A stretch of DNA of 64,000 nt from Verrucomicrobiota bacterium (lineage in GTDB: Bacteria; Verrucomicrobiota; Verrucomicrobiia; Limisphaerales; UBA11358). The translations under genes were made by a program, and so were the position numbers. Positions 48,827 to 57,649 of this stretch are shown piece after piece (within the stretch, counting starts at the first letter, position 1; each line of letters starts with the position of its first letter). The notes beneath the pieces are model-generated. The model was not told the DNA's origin and searched no databases. It was given only the letters and a program-made list of their open reading frames with translations. The stretch covers positions 6,758 to 70,757 of the forward strand of contig JBEKMW010000009.1 of the NCBI GenBank assembly GCA_049523455.1, given 5' to 3'.

Positions 48827-49801
48827 ATGCGACAATTTTGCACTATCGCCGCGAACGCCTTTATGGAGCTCATCCGGCAGCCGGTTTTTCTGCTGATGAT
48901 GACGGCGTCGGTGTTATTTGAGCTTTTTCTGGCGGTGCCGTATTACTTCGCGTTCGGCGACGAACCCAAGTTGGTGAAAAACAGCACGTTGGCGGTCATG
49001 CTGATGTCGGGCCTGGTGGGCGCGGTGTTGAGCGCTTCGTCCTCGCTGGCTCGTGAAATCCGGACGGGCACGGTCCTGGCGGTGCTGTCCAAGCCAGTGG
49101 GCCGGGCCCAGTTTTTGCTGGCCAAATACGCGGGGCTGGCGGCGGCGCTGACGGTGATGACTTATGTGAACCTCATCGGGGTGTTGGTGGCCAGCCGGAT
49201 GGCGTTCGACGCCTACGGCCGGACCGACATGGCAGCGCTGGGAATCTTCGCCGCGGGCCTGACGCTGGCTTACGCACTGGCAGGCTTCAGCAATTTTTTC
49301 CTGCGGCGGCCGTTCGTGGGCGATGCCGTGCTGGTGGTGGTGGTTTTCGCCACGCTGGCGGCGTTTGTTATTTTTCAGTTTACCACCCAGATGGAAAGCC
49401 TGAGCACACCGGCGCACGTGGACTGGGACCTGGTGCCGCCGGGAATCTTGATCCTGTTCGCGCTGTGGATTCTGGCGGCGCTGGCGCTGGCGTGCTCGAC
49501 GCGCTTGGACACGATCCCCACTCTGGCGGTCTGTTCCGCGTTCTTTTTGCTCGGGCTGATGTCGGATTATTTTTACTGGAAGGCGGGTGGCCGGACCGAA
49601 GGGGGCGGACCGTGGTGGGCTTCGACGCTTTACACGGTCATCCCAAACTGGCAACTTCTCTGGTTTGCAGATGCCTTGAACATGGGTAAGAGCACTTTCC
49701 ATTGGGCGTATGTCGGCAAGGCGTTCGTCTATGCCGTGGCTTACGCGGGCGCGGCGCTGGCGGTGGGCACGGCGCTCTTTGAAGAACGGGAATTGAGCTA
49801 G
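48827..49801 (+). CDS. ABC-2-type permease-like polytopic membrane protein (no adjacent ATPase)
   Basis: FMELIRQPVFLLMM...REIRTGTVLAVLSKPVGRAQFLLAKY is typical of ABC-2/NosY-like permeases. Confidence 0.7.
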   Translation: MRQFCTIAANAFMELIRQPVFLLMMTASVLFELFLAVPYYFAFGDEPKLVKNSTLAVMLMSGLVGAVLSASSSLAREIRTGTVLAVLSKPVGRAQFLLAKYAGLAAALTVMTYVNLIGVLVASRMAFDAYGRTDMAALGIFAAGLTLAYALAGFSNFFLRRPFVGDAVLVVVVFATLAAFVIFQFTTQMESLSTPAHVDWDLVPPGILILFALWILAALALACSTRLDTIPTLAVCSAFFLLGLMSDYFYWKAGGRTEGGGPWWASTLYTVIPNWQLLWFADALNMGKSTFHWAYVGKAFVYAVAYAGAALAVGTALFEERELS

Positions 49802-49951
49802 TGAAATAAGTTAAATGGTTAAATGAGTTAAACAGGCAAAGGGTTAAATGAAAAAGTCACACAACTTCAACTACGGCAGCCAGAACCCGGCGCGTCTGCC
49901 GGCGCGCCTTTCATTTGACATATTTAACCAGCCACTCATTTAACCAACCCC

Positions 49952-51856
49952 ATGGAACGCAACGTTCAGAGAAATGGTTTGATAAATCTGGTTGCCGCGA
50001 TGGTGATTTTCATCGCCGCGTTTGCCGCCACCTGCTTTGTGAATTCACTGGCGGGCCAGGGCTGCTCGATTTTCCTCGGCCTGGGCGTGCTGGTGACGTT
50101 TGCAAGCTGGTTCCAGATGCGGTTGGAAGAGAACGAGCGGCTGGAAAAACTCGAGGTGGAGGAACTGGCGCGCGCCAAGGGCGACTCCTCGCTGTTCACG
50201 TCCCAGGACGCAGAGGTGTTCCCGGCGCAGCGCGCGCGCGAGCAGTTTGAGAAATTTTTTGTGCCGGGCTTCAGCGTCTTGCTGTTCGTGCTCGAAGCCG
50301 GGGGCGCGTGGCTCCTCTGGCGCTGGATCGGCCGCACCACCAACGTCATCGTGCCGGAACGCGCCATGGCCTCGCTTTCGCTCTTCGCCATTTTCGCCCT
50401 GATCCTGTTCTTGCTGGGGCGCTTTTCCGTGACCATCGCCCGGCTGGAAGACCAGCGGTTGTTGCGGCCGGGAGCCAACTTCCTGCTGGCCGGCGCCTAT
50501 GTCTGCTTCCTGTCGGCGGTGGGCATTGCCGGCGTGGAAGTCAAATTTCCCAGCGCCGACGCCTGCCTGGGACGGGCCTTGTGCGTGCTGCTGGGGTTGA
50601 TGGCGCTGGAAACGTTCATTACGCTGCTGCTGGAGATTTACCGGCCGCGGGTGAAGGGAAAAGTGGTGCGCGCCCTTTACGACAGCCGGCTCGTTGGCTT
50701 GCTCGCGCAACCGGAGAGCCTGTTCACCGCCGCGGCGCAGGCGCTCGACTACCAGTTCGGATTCAAGGTTTCGGAGACGTGGTTCTTCCAATTGCTGCGC
50801 CGCGGACTGCCCATATTGTTCCTGGCGCAACTGGTGGTATTACTGCTGTCCACGAGCGTCGTTTTCATCGAACCGGGCGAGCAAGGCGTGCTGGAACATT
50901 TTGGCAAACTCGACTCCTCGCAGCCGGTCTTGAATCCGGGCGGCCACCTGGTCTGGCCGTGGCCGGTTGACCATGTCTATCGCTATCGCACCGGCCAGAT
51001 TCAAATGTTTGAGGTCGGTTACATACCCGAGCCCCAGAGCCAGGCGGTCCAGACCATTTTGTGGACCCAACCGCATTACAAGGCGGAGGTCAATTTTCTC
51101 GTCGGCAACCCGCAAGCGGCAACGATCACCAATCAAACCCCCGTAAGTGAAACCACCGGGGGTGAAAATGGCCAGGCGCAGAAAGTGGCCTCGGTGGGCT
51201 TGCTGGACATCAGCATCCCCGTGCAGTTTCAAATTACCAACGTGCTGGACTGGGCCTACGTGAACGCGGGCCCGACGAACCTGCTCCAGGACCTGGCCAC
51301 CCGCGAGGTCATTCGTTATCTCGCGGGCTCGGATTTGGACGCGGTCTTGTCACAATCCCGTGCCGAGGCGGAACTGCAATTGCAGGACCAGATTCAAGAC
51401 GACGCCAACCGGCATCAGCTCGGCGTCAAAATACTGTTTGTGGGTGTGCAAGACTTGCATCCGCCGCAAACGGTGGCGGCCGACTACGAGAGGGTGGTCG
51501 CGGCGGATCAATCCCGCATCGCCACCAACAATTTCGCCCTGGCCGACGCCATCCAGACCAATGCCCTGGCCGGTGCGCTCGCCTTTGCCGAAGTTGCCCA
51601 AGCCGGGGCGGCGCAACAGCAAATCGAACAGGCCGCGTTTGCGCGGGCGGATTTGTTTACCAACCAGCTCGCGGCGTATGAAGCCGCGCCTTCGGTCTAT
51701 CGCCAACGGGCCTATTACCAAATGTTCCCCGCCGCCACCGCCAATGCCCGCAAATACATCCTCCTCGTGACCAATGTGCACAACGTCATCGTTTTCGATC
51801 TGGAGGACAGAATCCGCTCCGATCTTGAAAATCTAACCTTTACCAATTCGCCATGA
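49952..51856 (+). CDS. SPFH/band-7 (HflK-like) protein with an N-terminal multi-TM extension of about 280 aa
   Basis: 634 aa. SPFH core VFIEPGEQGVLEHFGK...GHLVWPWPVDHVY...GVKILFVGVQDLHPP. Confidence 0.8.
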   Translation: MERNVQRNGLINLVAAMVIFIAAFAATCFVNSLAGQGCSIFLGLGVLVTFASWFQMRLEENERLEKLEVEELARAKGDSSLFTSQDAEVFPAQRAREQFEKFFVPGFSVLLFVLEAGGAWLLWRWIGRTTNVIVPERAMASLSLFAIFALILFLLGRFSVTIARLEDQRLLRPGANFLLAGAYVCFLSAVGIAGVEVKFPSADACLGRALCVLLGLMALETFITLLLEIYRPRVKGKVVRALYDSRLVGLLAQPESLFTAAAQALDYQFGFKVSETWFFQLLRRGLPILFLAQLVVLLLSTSVVFIEPGEQGVLEHFGKLDSSQPVLNPGGHLVWPWPVDHVYRYRTGQIQMFEVGYIPEPQSQAVQTILWTQPHYKAEVNFLVGNPQAATITNQTPVSETTGGENGQAQKVASVGLLDISIPVQFQITNVLDWAYVNAGPTNLLQDLATREVIRYLAGSDLDAVLSQSRAEAELQLQDQIQDDANRHQLGVKILFVGVQDLHPPQTVAADYERVVAADQSRIATNNFALADAIQTNALAGALAFAEVAQAGAAQQQIEQAAFARADLFTNQLAAYEAAPSVYRQRAYYQMFPAATANARKYILLVTNVHNVIVFDLEDRIRSDLENLTFTNSP

Positions 51857-52764
51857 AACGGAATCTCGTCACCATCATCATCGCCGCGGTGCTGCTGATC
51901 ATATTTGCACTGCTGCTGTTCACCTTCCAGGTCCGCCAGTCCGAAGTCGCCGTGGTCACCACCTTCGGCCGGATAAGCGGGCCGCCGTGCGAACCCGGGT
52001 TGCATCTCCGCTGGCCGTGGCCCATTCAGCAAGTCTATAAATTCGACCAGCGCATTCAGGACTTCCAGGACACCTTCGGCGAAAACTACACGGCAGACAG
52101 CATTACCCTGATGACCAGTGTCTATGTCGGCTGGAAGATTTCAGATCCGGCCGCGTTCCTCAACAGCTTCCGGGAGGGCTCAATCGCAGCGGCGCAGAGC
52201 CAGCTTCAGAGCATCCTGACCAGCGCCAAGGCGGCCATGGTGGGCAGTAATACGCTTTCGGCATTTGTGAACGCCGACCAAAGCCAGCTTAAATTCGATA
52301 AGATCCAGGGTGACATCGAGCAATTCGTTCAAAGTGAATTGCGGACCAACAATTACGGCATCCAAATCGAATTTCTGGGCATCAAACAACTGGGCCTCCC
52401 GGCAAGCGTCACGCAAACGGTGTTCGACCGCATGAAGGCGGAGCGCGAGGTCCTCATCAGCCACGCGCTGAATGAAGGCCAGGCCGAAGCCAACAAAATC
52501 CGGGCCAAGGCCGACAGTCAAGCCAAGATAACCCTGGCGGATGCCCAGGCGGAGGCCACCCGGATCGAAGGCGTGGGTGTCAATGAAGCGGCCACGACGC
52601 TCCGCACGTTCGAAGAAAATCCTGATCTGGCCGTCTTCATGCTTCGCCTCCGGGCTCTCCAGGATTCCCTTAACCAAAAATCCATCGTGATTTTTGACCA
52701 GCGCACCCCGCCCTTTGATTTGTTTCAAAGCATTTCCACCAACGCCTGGGGCCAATCACCATGA
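51853..52764 (+). CDS. SPFH/band-7 protein, HflC-like
   Basis: FQVRQSEVAVVTTFGR...GLHLRWPWPIQQVYKFD...IEFLGIKQLGLP...MKAEREV. ATGA overlap with the upstream gene. Confidence 0.85.
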   Translation: MKRNLVTIIIAAVLLIIFALLLFTFQVRQSEVAVVTTFGRISGPPCEPGLHLRWPWPIQQVYKFDQRIQDFQDTFGENYTADSITLMTSVYVGWKISDPAAFLNSFREGSIAAAQSQLQSILTSAKAAMVGSNTLSAFVNADQSQLKFDKIQGDIEQFVQSELRTNNYGIQIEFLGIKQLGLPASVTQTVFDRMKAEREVLISHALNEGQAEANKIRAKADSQAKITLADAQAEATRIEGVGVNEAATTLRTFEENPDLAVFMLRLRALQDSLNQKSIVIFDQRTPPFDLFQSISTNAWGQSP

Positions 52765-53864
52765 GTGACGAGCACGAACATCCGCACGAGCACGAGCCGC
52801 CGCCGGCGCCAACGAGACCGGTGACGCCGGACGATGCCGGCTCGCAGGCGCTGGCCGAAGCGTTGCGCAGCAGCTTTACCATCGTCAAATTCGTGATGGC
52901 GGCGCTGGTGGTGGTCTTTCTTGCGTCCGGCCTCTTCCAGGTCGGCCCCCAGGAAAAAGCGGTCATTTTGCGCTTCGGCAAACCCGTCGGCCACGAGCAG
53001 GAAGCGTTGCTCGGGCCCGGATTGCATTGGTCGTTCCCTTACCCGATTGATGAGGTGGTGAGAATTCCCATTACCGAAATTCAAAAGGTCTCTTCCACCA
53101 TCGGCTGGTATTACCTGACGCCGGAGCAGGAGGCCGCCGGCATCACCCCCTCCCCCGGGGTTTCCCTTGTGCCCGGCAAGGACGGCTATGTGATTACCGC
53201 CGACCGCAATATCATCCACACCCGGGCAACACTCTTCTACCAGGTGGACCAGCCCATCCACTACATGTTTGATTTTGTCTCGGCTTCCAACACCGTCCAA
53301 AACGATTTGAACAACGCTTTGCTCTACACCGCCGCGCATTTCAAGGTGGACGATATTCTTTACTATGACGTCGAGGGTTTTCGGGATGCGGTGAGGCAGC
53401 GTGTGAGCAGCCTCGTTGACAAACAACGGCTTGGCATAACGGTCAAAGACTGCACGGTGGACCGGACCGCACCCCTGCAGTTGAAAGACATCTTCGATCA
53501 GGTCACGGAAGCGCGCCAGAACCAAATCAAAGCCCTCGATGACGCCCACAGCGAGGAAAACCGACTGACCAACAGCGCCGACTGGCAGGCAGCATCCATC
53601 ATCAATGTGGCCCAGAGCGCGAGCACCAACTATGTCCAGTTTGTCCAGGCGGACGCCAACGTATTCAGCGGGCTGCTGACCAATTACCTGGTAAATCCCA
53701 GCCTCTTCAAACAGCAACAACTGGTGCAGATGATGGGACGGGCACTGACCAACGCGAATTTCAAGGCATATTTGCCCACCACCGCCAATGGCGAACCGAC
53801 CGAATTGAGGTTAATGTTGAACCGTGAGCCGCCGGGGCCGGGTTCGGCCTCGCCGGCTCCCTGA
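52761..53864 (+). CDS. SPFH/band-7 protein, HflK-like (third in tandem)
   Basis: FQVGPQEKAVILRFGKP...GLHWSFPYPIDEV...ITVKDCTVDRTAP. ATGA overlap with the upstream gene. Confidence 0.8.
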   Translation: MSDEHEHPHEHEPPPAPTRPVTPDDAGSQALAEALRSSFTIVKFVMAALVVVFLASGLFQVGPQEKAVILRFGKPVGHEQEALLGPGLHWSFPYPIDEVVRIPITEIQKVSSTIGWYYLTPEQEAAGITPSPGVSLVPGKDGYVITADRNIIHTRATLFYQVDQPIHYMFDFVSASNTVQNDLNNALLYTAAHFKVDDILYYDVEGFRDAVRQRVSSLVDKQRLGITVKDCTVDRTAPLQLKDIFDQVTEARQNQIKALDDAHSEENRLTNSADWQAASIINVAQSASTNYVQFVQADANVFSGLLTNYLVNPSLFKQQQLVQMMGRALTNANFKAYLPTTANGEPTELRLMLNREPPGPGSASPAP

Positions 53865-53867
53865 GTA

Positions 53868-53915
53868 CATTTTAACTATTTAACGATTTAACGATTTAGC
53901 GATTCAACGAATCAA
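53868..53915. repeat. Octamer tandem array (TTTAACGA period 8)
   Basis: tttaacta tttaacga tttaacga tttagcga ttcaacga. The reverse complement is related to the ACGTTAAA units at 39750-39780. Confidence 0.85.
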
Positions 53916-53919
53916 GTTT

Positions 53920-55968
53920 ATGCAGGTAACATCGCTTTTAAGCCGTGACGAGCACCAGCACGGGCCGGAGTGCGGCTGTGGCCATGACCACGAACACTCG
54001 GTAGTGCACATCTGGCAGGCCATCGCCGGCATCGTTTTTGTCATCAACGCCTATATCGTTGACTGGTTGTTTCAACAGGGCAGCGCCGTGGCCAGCGCCA
54101 GCGCGATGATTGGCGCCATCATCCTCATCTATCCCATTGTCGTCACCGCCATCAAGGATTTGCGCGCCGGCCGGTTGAGCATCAATGAACTCGTCGCGGT
54201 CGCCGTGCTCGCCGCCTTCGCCTCCGGCGCGGTGGGCATGTTGAACGCCCAAAACACTGGCGCCTTCGGAATGGAGGCCAGCGGCGGCTACAAAATCGCC
54301 GGGCTCATCGCCTTCCTCATGCTGATGGGAGAAGTCATCGAAACCCGCACGGCGGAAGGTGCGCGCGCCTCGATCGAATCGCTCATCAAACTCACGCCCA
54401 CCAAGGCCCGCCGCCTCAAGCCCGACGGCAGCGAAGAGGAAGTCGCCGCGAGCGAACTCGCCGTGGGCGACCGTATCCGCGTCCGGCCCGGCGACAACGT
54501 GGCCGCCGACGGCGTCATCGCCAGCGGCCAGGGGTCGTTCAACGAAGCCACCATCACCGGCGAATCGCTGCCGGCGGACAAGAAGACCGGCGACGAAGTC
54601 TTTGCCGGCACGCAGAACCTGACCGGCGTGCTCGAAATCAAAGTCAGCCGCGCAGGCGCCGATACCACGCTGGGCCGCGTGCGCGAACTCATTCTGGCGG
54701 CGGAAAAAACCAAGCTGCCGATCATGAAAATCGTGGATCAGTACATGGGCTTTTACACCCCGCTCGTGCTGGTCATCGGCGCGCTGGTTTGGGCTTTTAC
54801 CCATGATTTAAACCGTGTCATCGCCGTATTTGTGGTTTCCTGCCCCTGCGCCTTCATTTTGGCGACGCCGACCGCCATGGTCGCGGCGCTCTCCGCCGCC
54901 GCGCGTCTCGGTATTTTGATCAAGAACGTCGCTGACATCGAAGCGGCGGCCAGAATCAACGCGTTCATCTTTGACAAGACCGGCACGTTGACCACCGGTG
55001 AACTGGCGGTGAGCCGTCTCATGCCGCTGGGGGACACCAAACCGGCCGAGCTTTTGCTGCTGGCCGCTTCCGCCGAGAAATACAGCAACCACCCGACGGC
55101 CAAGGCCCTGGCCCAATTGGCCAGGGAAGCCGGCGTGCCGGTGGCCGAGCCGAAGGATTTTTCCGAAACGGCCGGCCGCGGCGTAAAAGCCCAGGTCAAC
55201 GGCACAACGGTTTTGGTTGGCCGCGCCCAATGGCTCAAGGACAACGGCGTGGATTCCAATTTCGAAAAATCGGTGGACCTGAACGAGACCGAAGGTTGGA
55301 GCTTGATCTTTGTCGCCCGCAACGGCCAATGCACCGGCTGGATCGGCTTGCAGGACCAGACGCGTTCCGAGGCCAGGGAATCGCTGACCGAACTTCGGGA
55401 AGCCGGGGTGCGGCGCATTTCGATGATTTCCGGCGACCGCCAGCTCGTGGCCACCCGCGTGGCCGCCGAAATCGGCTGCGAGGAGGCCCGCGGCGATTGC
55501 CTGCCGCAGAACAAGGTGGAATTCGTGCGCGCCATGAAGGCCAAAAGCTATCGCGTGGCGGTGGTGGGCGACGGCGTGAACGATGCCCCCGCTCTCGCGG
55601 CGGGCGACATTGGCATCGCCATGGGCGCGGCGGGCAGCGAAGTGGCCATCCACACCGCGACCATTGCGCTGATGAACAACGACCTGCGCCGGCTGCCATT
55701 CCTGGTGAAGCTTTCGCGCAGCACGCGCGCGGTCATCAACCAGAACTTCGTATTCGGCATTTGCTTTATCATCATCGGCCTTACGGCCTCGGCGTTTGGC
55801 TATATCGGTCCGATTACCGCCGCCATACTGCACGTGACGGGCACCTTTATCGTCATCTTCAACAGCGCGCGCCTGGTGCGTAAAGGCGAGGAACTGGAGC
55901 ATTTTCATCCCGAGCCGGAGGCGCCGCCGCGCGCCGCGACCGGCCCGTTGACGCCGAAGCTGGCGTAG
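53920..55968 (+). CDS. Heavy-metal-translocating P1B-type ATPase (Zn/Cd/Co class) with a His/Cys-rich N-terminus
   Basis: DEHQHGPECGCGHDHEH, TGES, SCPCAF, DKTGTLT, GDGVNDAPAL. Confidence 0.93.
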   Translation: MQVTSLLSRDEHQHGPECGCGHDHEHSVVHIWQAIAGIVFVINAYIVDWLFQQGSAVASASAMIGAIILIYPIVVTAIKDLRAGRLSINELVAVAVLAAFASGAVGMLNAQNTGAFGMEASGGYKIAGLIAFLMLMGEVIETRTAEGARASIESLIKLTPTKARRLKPDGSEEEVAASELAVGDRIRVRPGDNVAADGVIASGQGSFNEATITGESLPADKKTGDEVFAGTQNLTGVLEIKVSRAGADTTLGRVRELILAAEKTKLPIMKIVDQYMGFYTPLVLVIGALVWAFTHDLNRVIAVFVVSCPCAFILATPTAMVAALSAAARLGILIKNVADIEAAARINAFIFDKTGTLTTGELAVSRLMPLGDTKPAELLLLAASAEKYSNHPTAKALAQLAREAGVPVAEPKDFSETAGRGVKAQVNGTTVLVGRAQWLKDNGVDSNFEKSVDLNETEGWSLIFVARNGQCTGWIGLQDQTRSEARESLTELREAGVRRISMISGDRQLVATRVAAEIGCEEARGDCLPQNKVEFVRAMKAKSYRVAVVGDGVNDAPALAAGDIGIAMGAAGSEVAIHTATIALMNNDLRRLPFLVKLSRSTRAVINQNFVFGICFIIIGLTASAFGYIGPITAAILHVTGTFIVIFNSARLVRKGEELEHFHPEPEAPPRAATGPLTPKLA

Positions 55969-56001
55969 GCTCACGGCTTGGTAGTGTCCCGATTTGTTTT
56001 C

Positions 56002-56073
56002 GGAGCGCGGGTCTGCGACCCGCAGCGGCTTGGATTGCATGGGGATGTGCTGCGGCTCATAGAGCCGCGCTCC
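56002..56073. repeat. REPIN-like inverted doublet of the GGAGCGCGG...CCGCAGC REP family
   Basis: Left arm GGAGCGCGGGTCTGCGACCCGCAGC (56002-56026). The right arm GTGCTGCGGCTCATAGAGCCGCGCTCC (56047-56073) is the same unit inverted. Confidence 0.85.
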
Positions 56074-56132
56074 TGAATTTAGGACACCACCCACGGCTTG
56101 CCCGCCGGGAGAAATGCGGTTAATTTGAAAGC

Positions 56133-56309
56133 ATGAGCGCCACTGAAGTCATTGAAGAATTCAAGCAGCTTTCGCGCGAAGAGCAGCGGAAGGTGGCCGC
56201 GTATATTCAGGAATTTAACGCCGGCGGTGGCGTGAGCGACGAATTTAAACGCATCGCCGACGAAGTGTTCAACACGAATGACGAACTTTTCCGCAAGCTT
56301 GCCCAATGA
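56133..56309 (+). CDS. Small antitoxin-like (addiction-module component-like) protein, 58 aa
   Basis: Hand-translated: MSATEVIEEFKQLSREEQRKVAAYIQEFNAGGGVSDEFKRIADEVFNTNDELFRKLAQ. ATGA overlap with the next ORF. Confidence 0.5.
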   Translation: MSATEVIEEFKQLSREEQRKVAAYIQEFNAGGGVSDEFKRIADEVFNTNDELFRKLAQ

Positions 56310-56395
56310 ATCCGGGCGAGCCGAAATTCCTGACTTTCGCCGAAGTGTTGATTGCACAAAAACGGACTTGCCGCTGTCTTAAGACAACCGGCTGA
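56306..56395 (+). pseudogene. Truncated Doc/Fic-type toxin remnant (29 codons)
   Basis: MNPGEPKFLTFAEVLIAQKRT... resembles the Doc N-terminus (..FLT.eEVLaiH). Stops after 29 aa. Confidence 0.4.
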
Positions 56396-56415
56396 CAAAC
56401 AAAACTGAAAACACC

Positions 56416-57645
56416 ATGCCCGTCGCCGTTGAACCAAATCGTCAATCGCCAATCGGAAATCAAAAATCCGATGAGGTCGTCGTGTCCGTCCGCGGGCTGA
56501 CGAAAGTCTTCAAGGACTTCTGGAACCGCCCCAAGGCGCGCGCGGTGGACAACGTGGATTTCGACGTTCGCCGCGGCGAAGTATTCGGCTTGCTGGGCCC
56601 CAATGGCTCCGGTAAGTCCACCACCGTCAAGCTGCTGTTGGGCTTGTTGTATCCCACCAAGGGACTCATCGAGGTATTCGGCCATTCGCCCCGGCACGTG
56701 GCCACCAAATCGCGCATCGGTTATTTGCCCGAAGAATCGTATCTTTATCGCTACCTCGATTCGCGCGAAACGCTGCATTTCTTTGGCAACCTGTTCCATC
56801 TGTCGCCGGAGGAGCGCAACAACCGCGCCGGGCAATTGCTGGAAATGGTCGGCTTGAGCCAGGTCCGCACCCGTTCCGTCGGCGAGTTTTCCAAGGGCAT
56901 GCAACGCCGCATCGGGCTGGCCCAGGCGCTCATCAACGATCCCGACCTCGTCATTCTGGATGAGCCGACGTCCGGCCTCGACCCCATCGGCTGCCGCGAG
57001 ATCAAGGACCTCATTCTCGCGTTGTCGCGCCGCGGCAAGACGGTCATTTTGAGCAGCCATTTGCTCGCCGACGTCGAGGATGTTTGCGACCGTGTGGTGA
57101 TTTACTACGGGGGACGAATCCAGGCGATGGGTGCGCTCAAGGAACTGCTGGCCAAGCCGGACACCCTGCGCATCACCACCCCGGTGCTGCCGCGGGAGAC
57201 CCTCGAGCGCGTGCTCGAAGTCATCCGACGCGACGCCGCCGCCGACCAGGTGCAGGTGGACAATCCCACCCAAAATCTCGAAAGCTATTTTCTGGAAGTG
57301 GTTCAAAAGGCGCGCCGGGAGGCGGCGGAAACCAGCGGCGCCACCTCCGGCGCGCGAGTGGCCCCTTATTTGCGCGCCGGCGGAGAGGATCGGCCGGCAG
57401 CGGAAAGAATTCTTGAGCGCCTCGCCCTGCCGGCGGCGGCACAACCGCCGGCGCCCAAACCCGCCGCTCCCGTGGCCGCGCCGTCGCCGGACGACCGGAA
57501 ATTGGAAGCATTGGCCAAAGCCAATGCGCCTGCACCGGCGCCTGTCAAACCTTCACCGGCTCCCGAATCCAAGCCGGCGGATTTGTCCAAGGCCGACGAA
57601 AAACTGTCCGCGCTGCTCGGCGGGAAGAAACGATTGGGAAGGTGA
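56416..57645 (+). CDS. ABC transporter ATP-binding protein (ABC-2 exporter type) with a Pro/Ala-rich C-terminal tail
   Basis: GPNGSGKST, FSKGMQRR, LVILDEPTSGLD, SSHLL. The tail is ...AAQPPAPKPAAPVAAPSPDD...APAPAPVKPSPAPESKP. Confidence 0.92.
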   Translation: MPVAVEPNRQSPIGNQKSDEVVVSVRGLTKVFKDFWNRPKARAVDNVDFDVRRGEVFGLLGPNGSGKSTTVKLLLGLLYPTKGLIEVFGHSPRHVATKSRIGYLPEESYLYRYLDSRETLHFFGNLFHLSPEERNNRAGQLLEMVGLSQVRTRSVGEFSKGMQRRIGLAQALINDPDLVILDEPTSGLDPIGCREIKDLILALSRRGKTVILSSHLLADVEDVCDRVVIYYGGRIQAMGALKELLAKPDTLRITTPVLPRETLERVLEVIRRDAAADQVQVDNPTQNLESYFLEVVQKARREAAETSGATSGARVAPYLRAGGEDRPAAERILERLALPAAAQPPAPKPAAPVAAPSPDDRKLEALAKANAPAPAPVKPSPAPESKPADLSKADEKLSALLGGKKRLGR

Positions 57646-57649
57646 CTGG

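Noticed and set aside
54808-57444. Minus-strand ORFs 54808..56094 and 56269..57444
   Set aside because: They lie antisense to the P-type ATPase and ABC ATPase genes. The sequence is low-complexity and Arg/Gly-rich.
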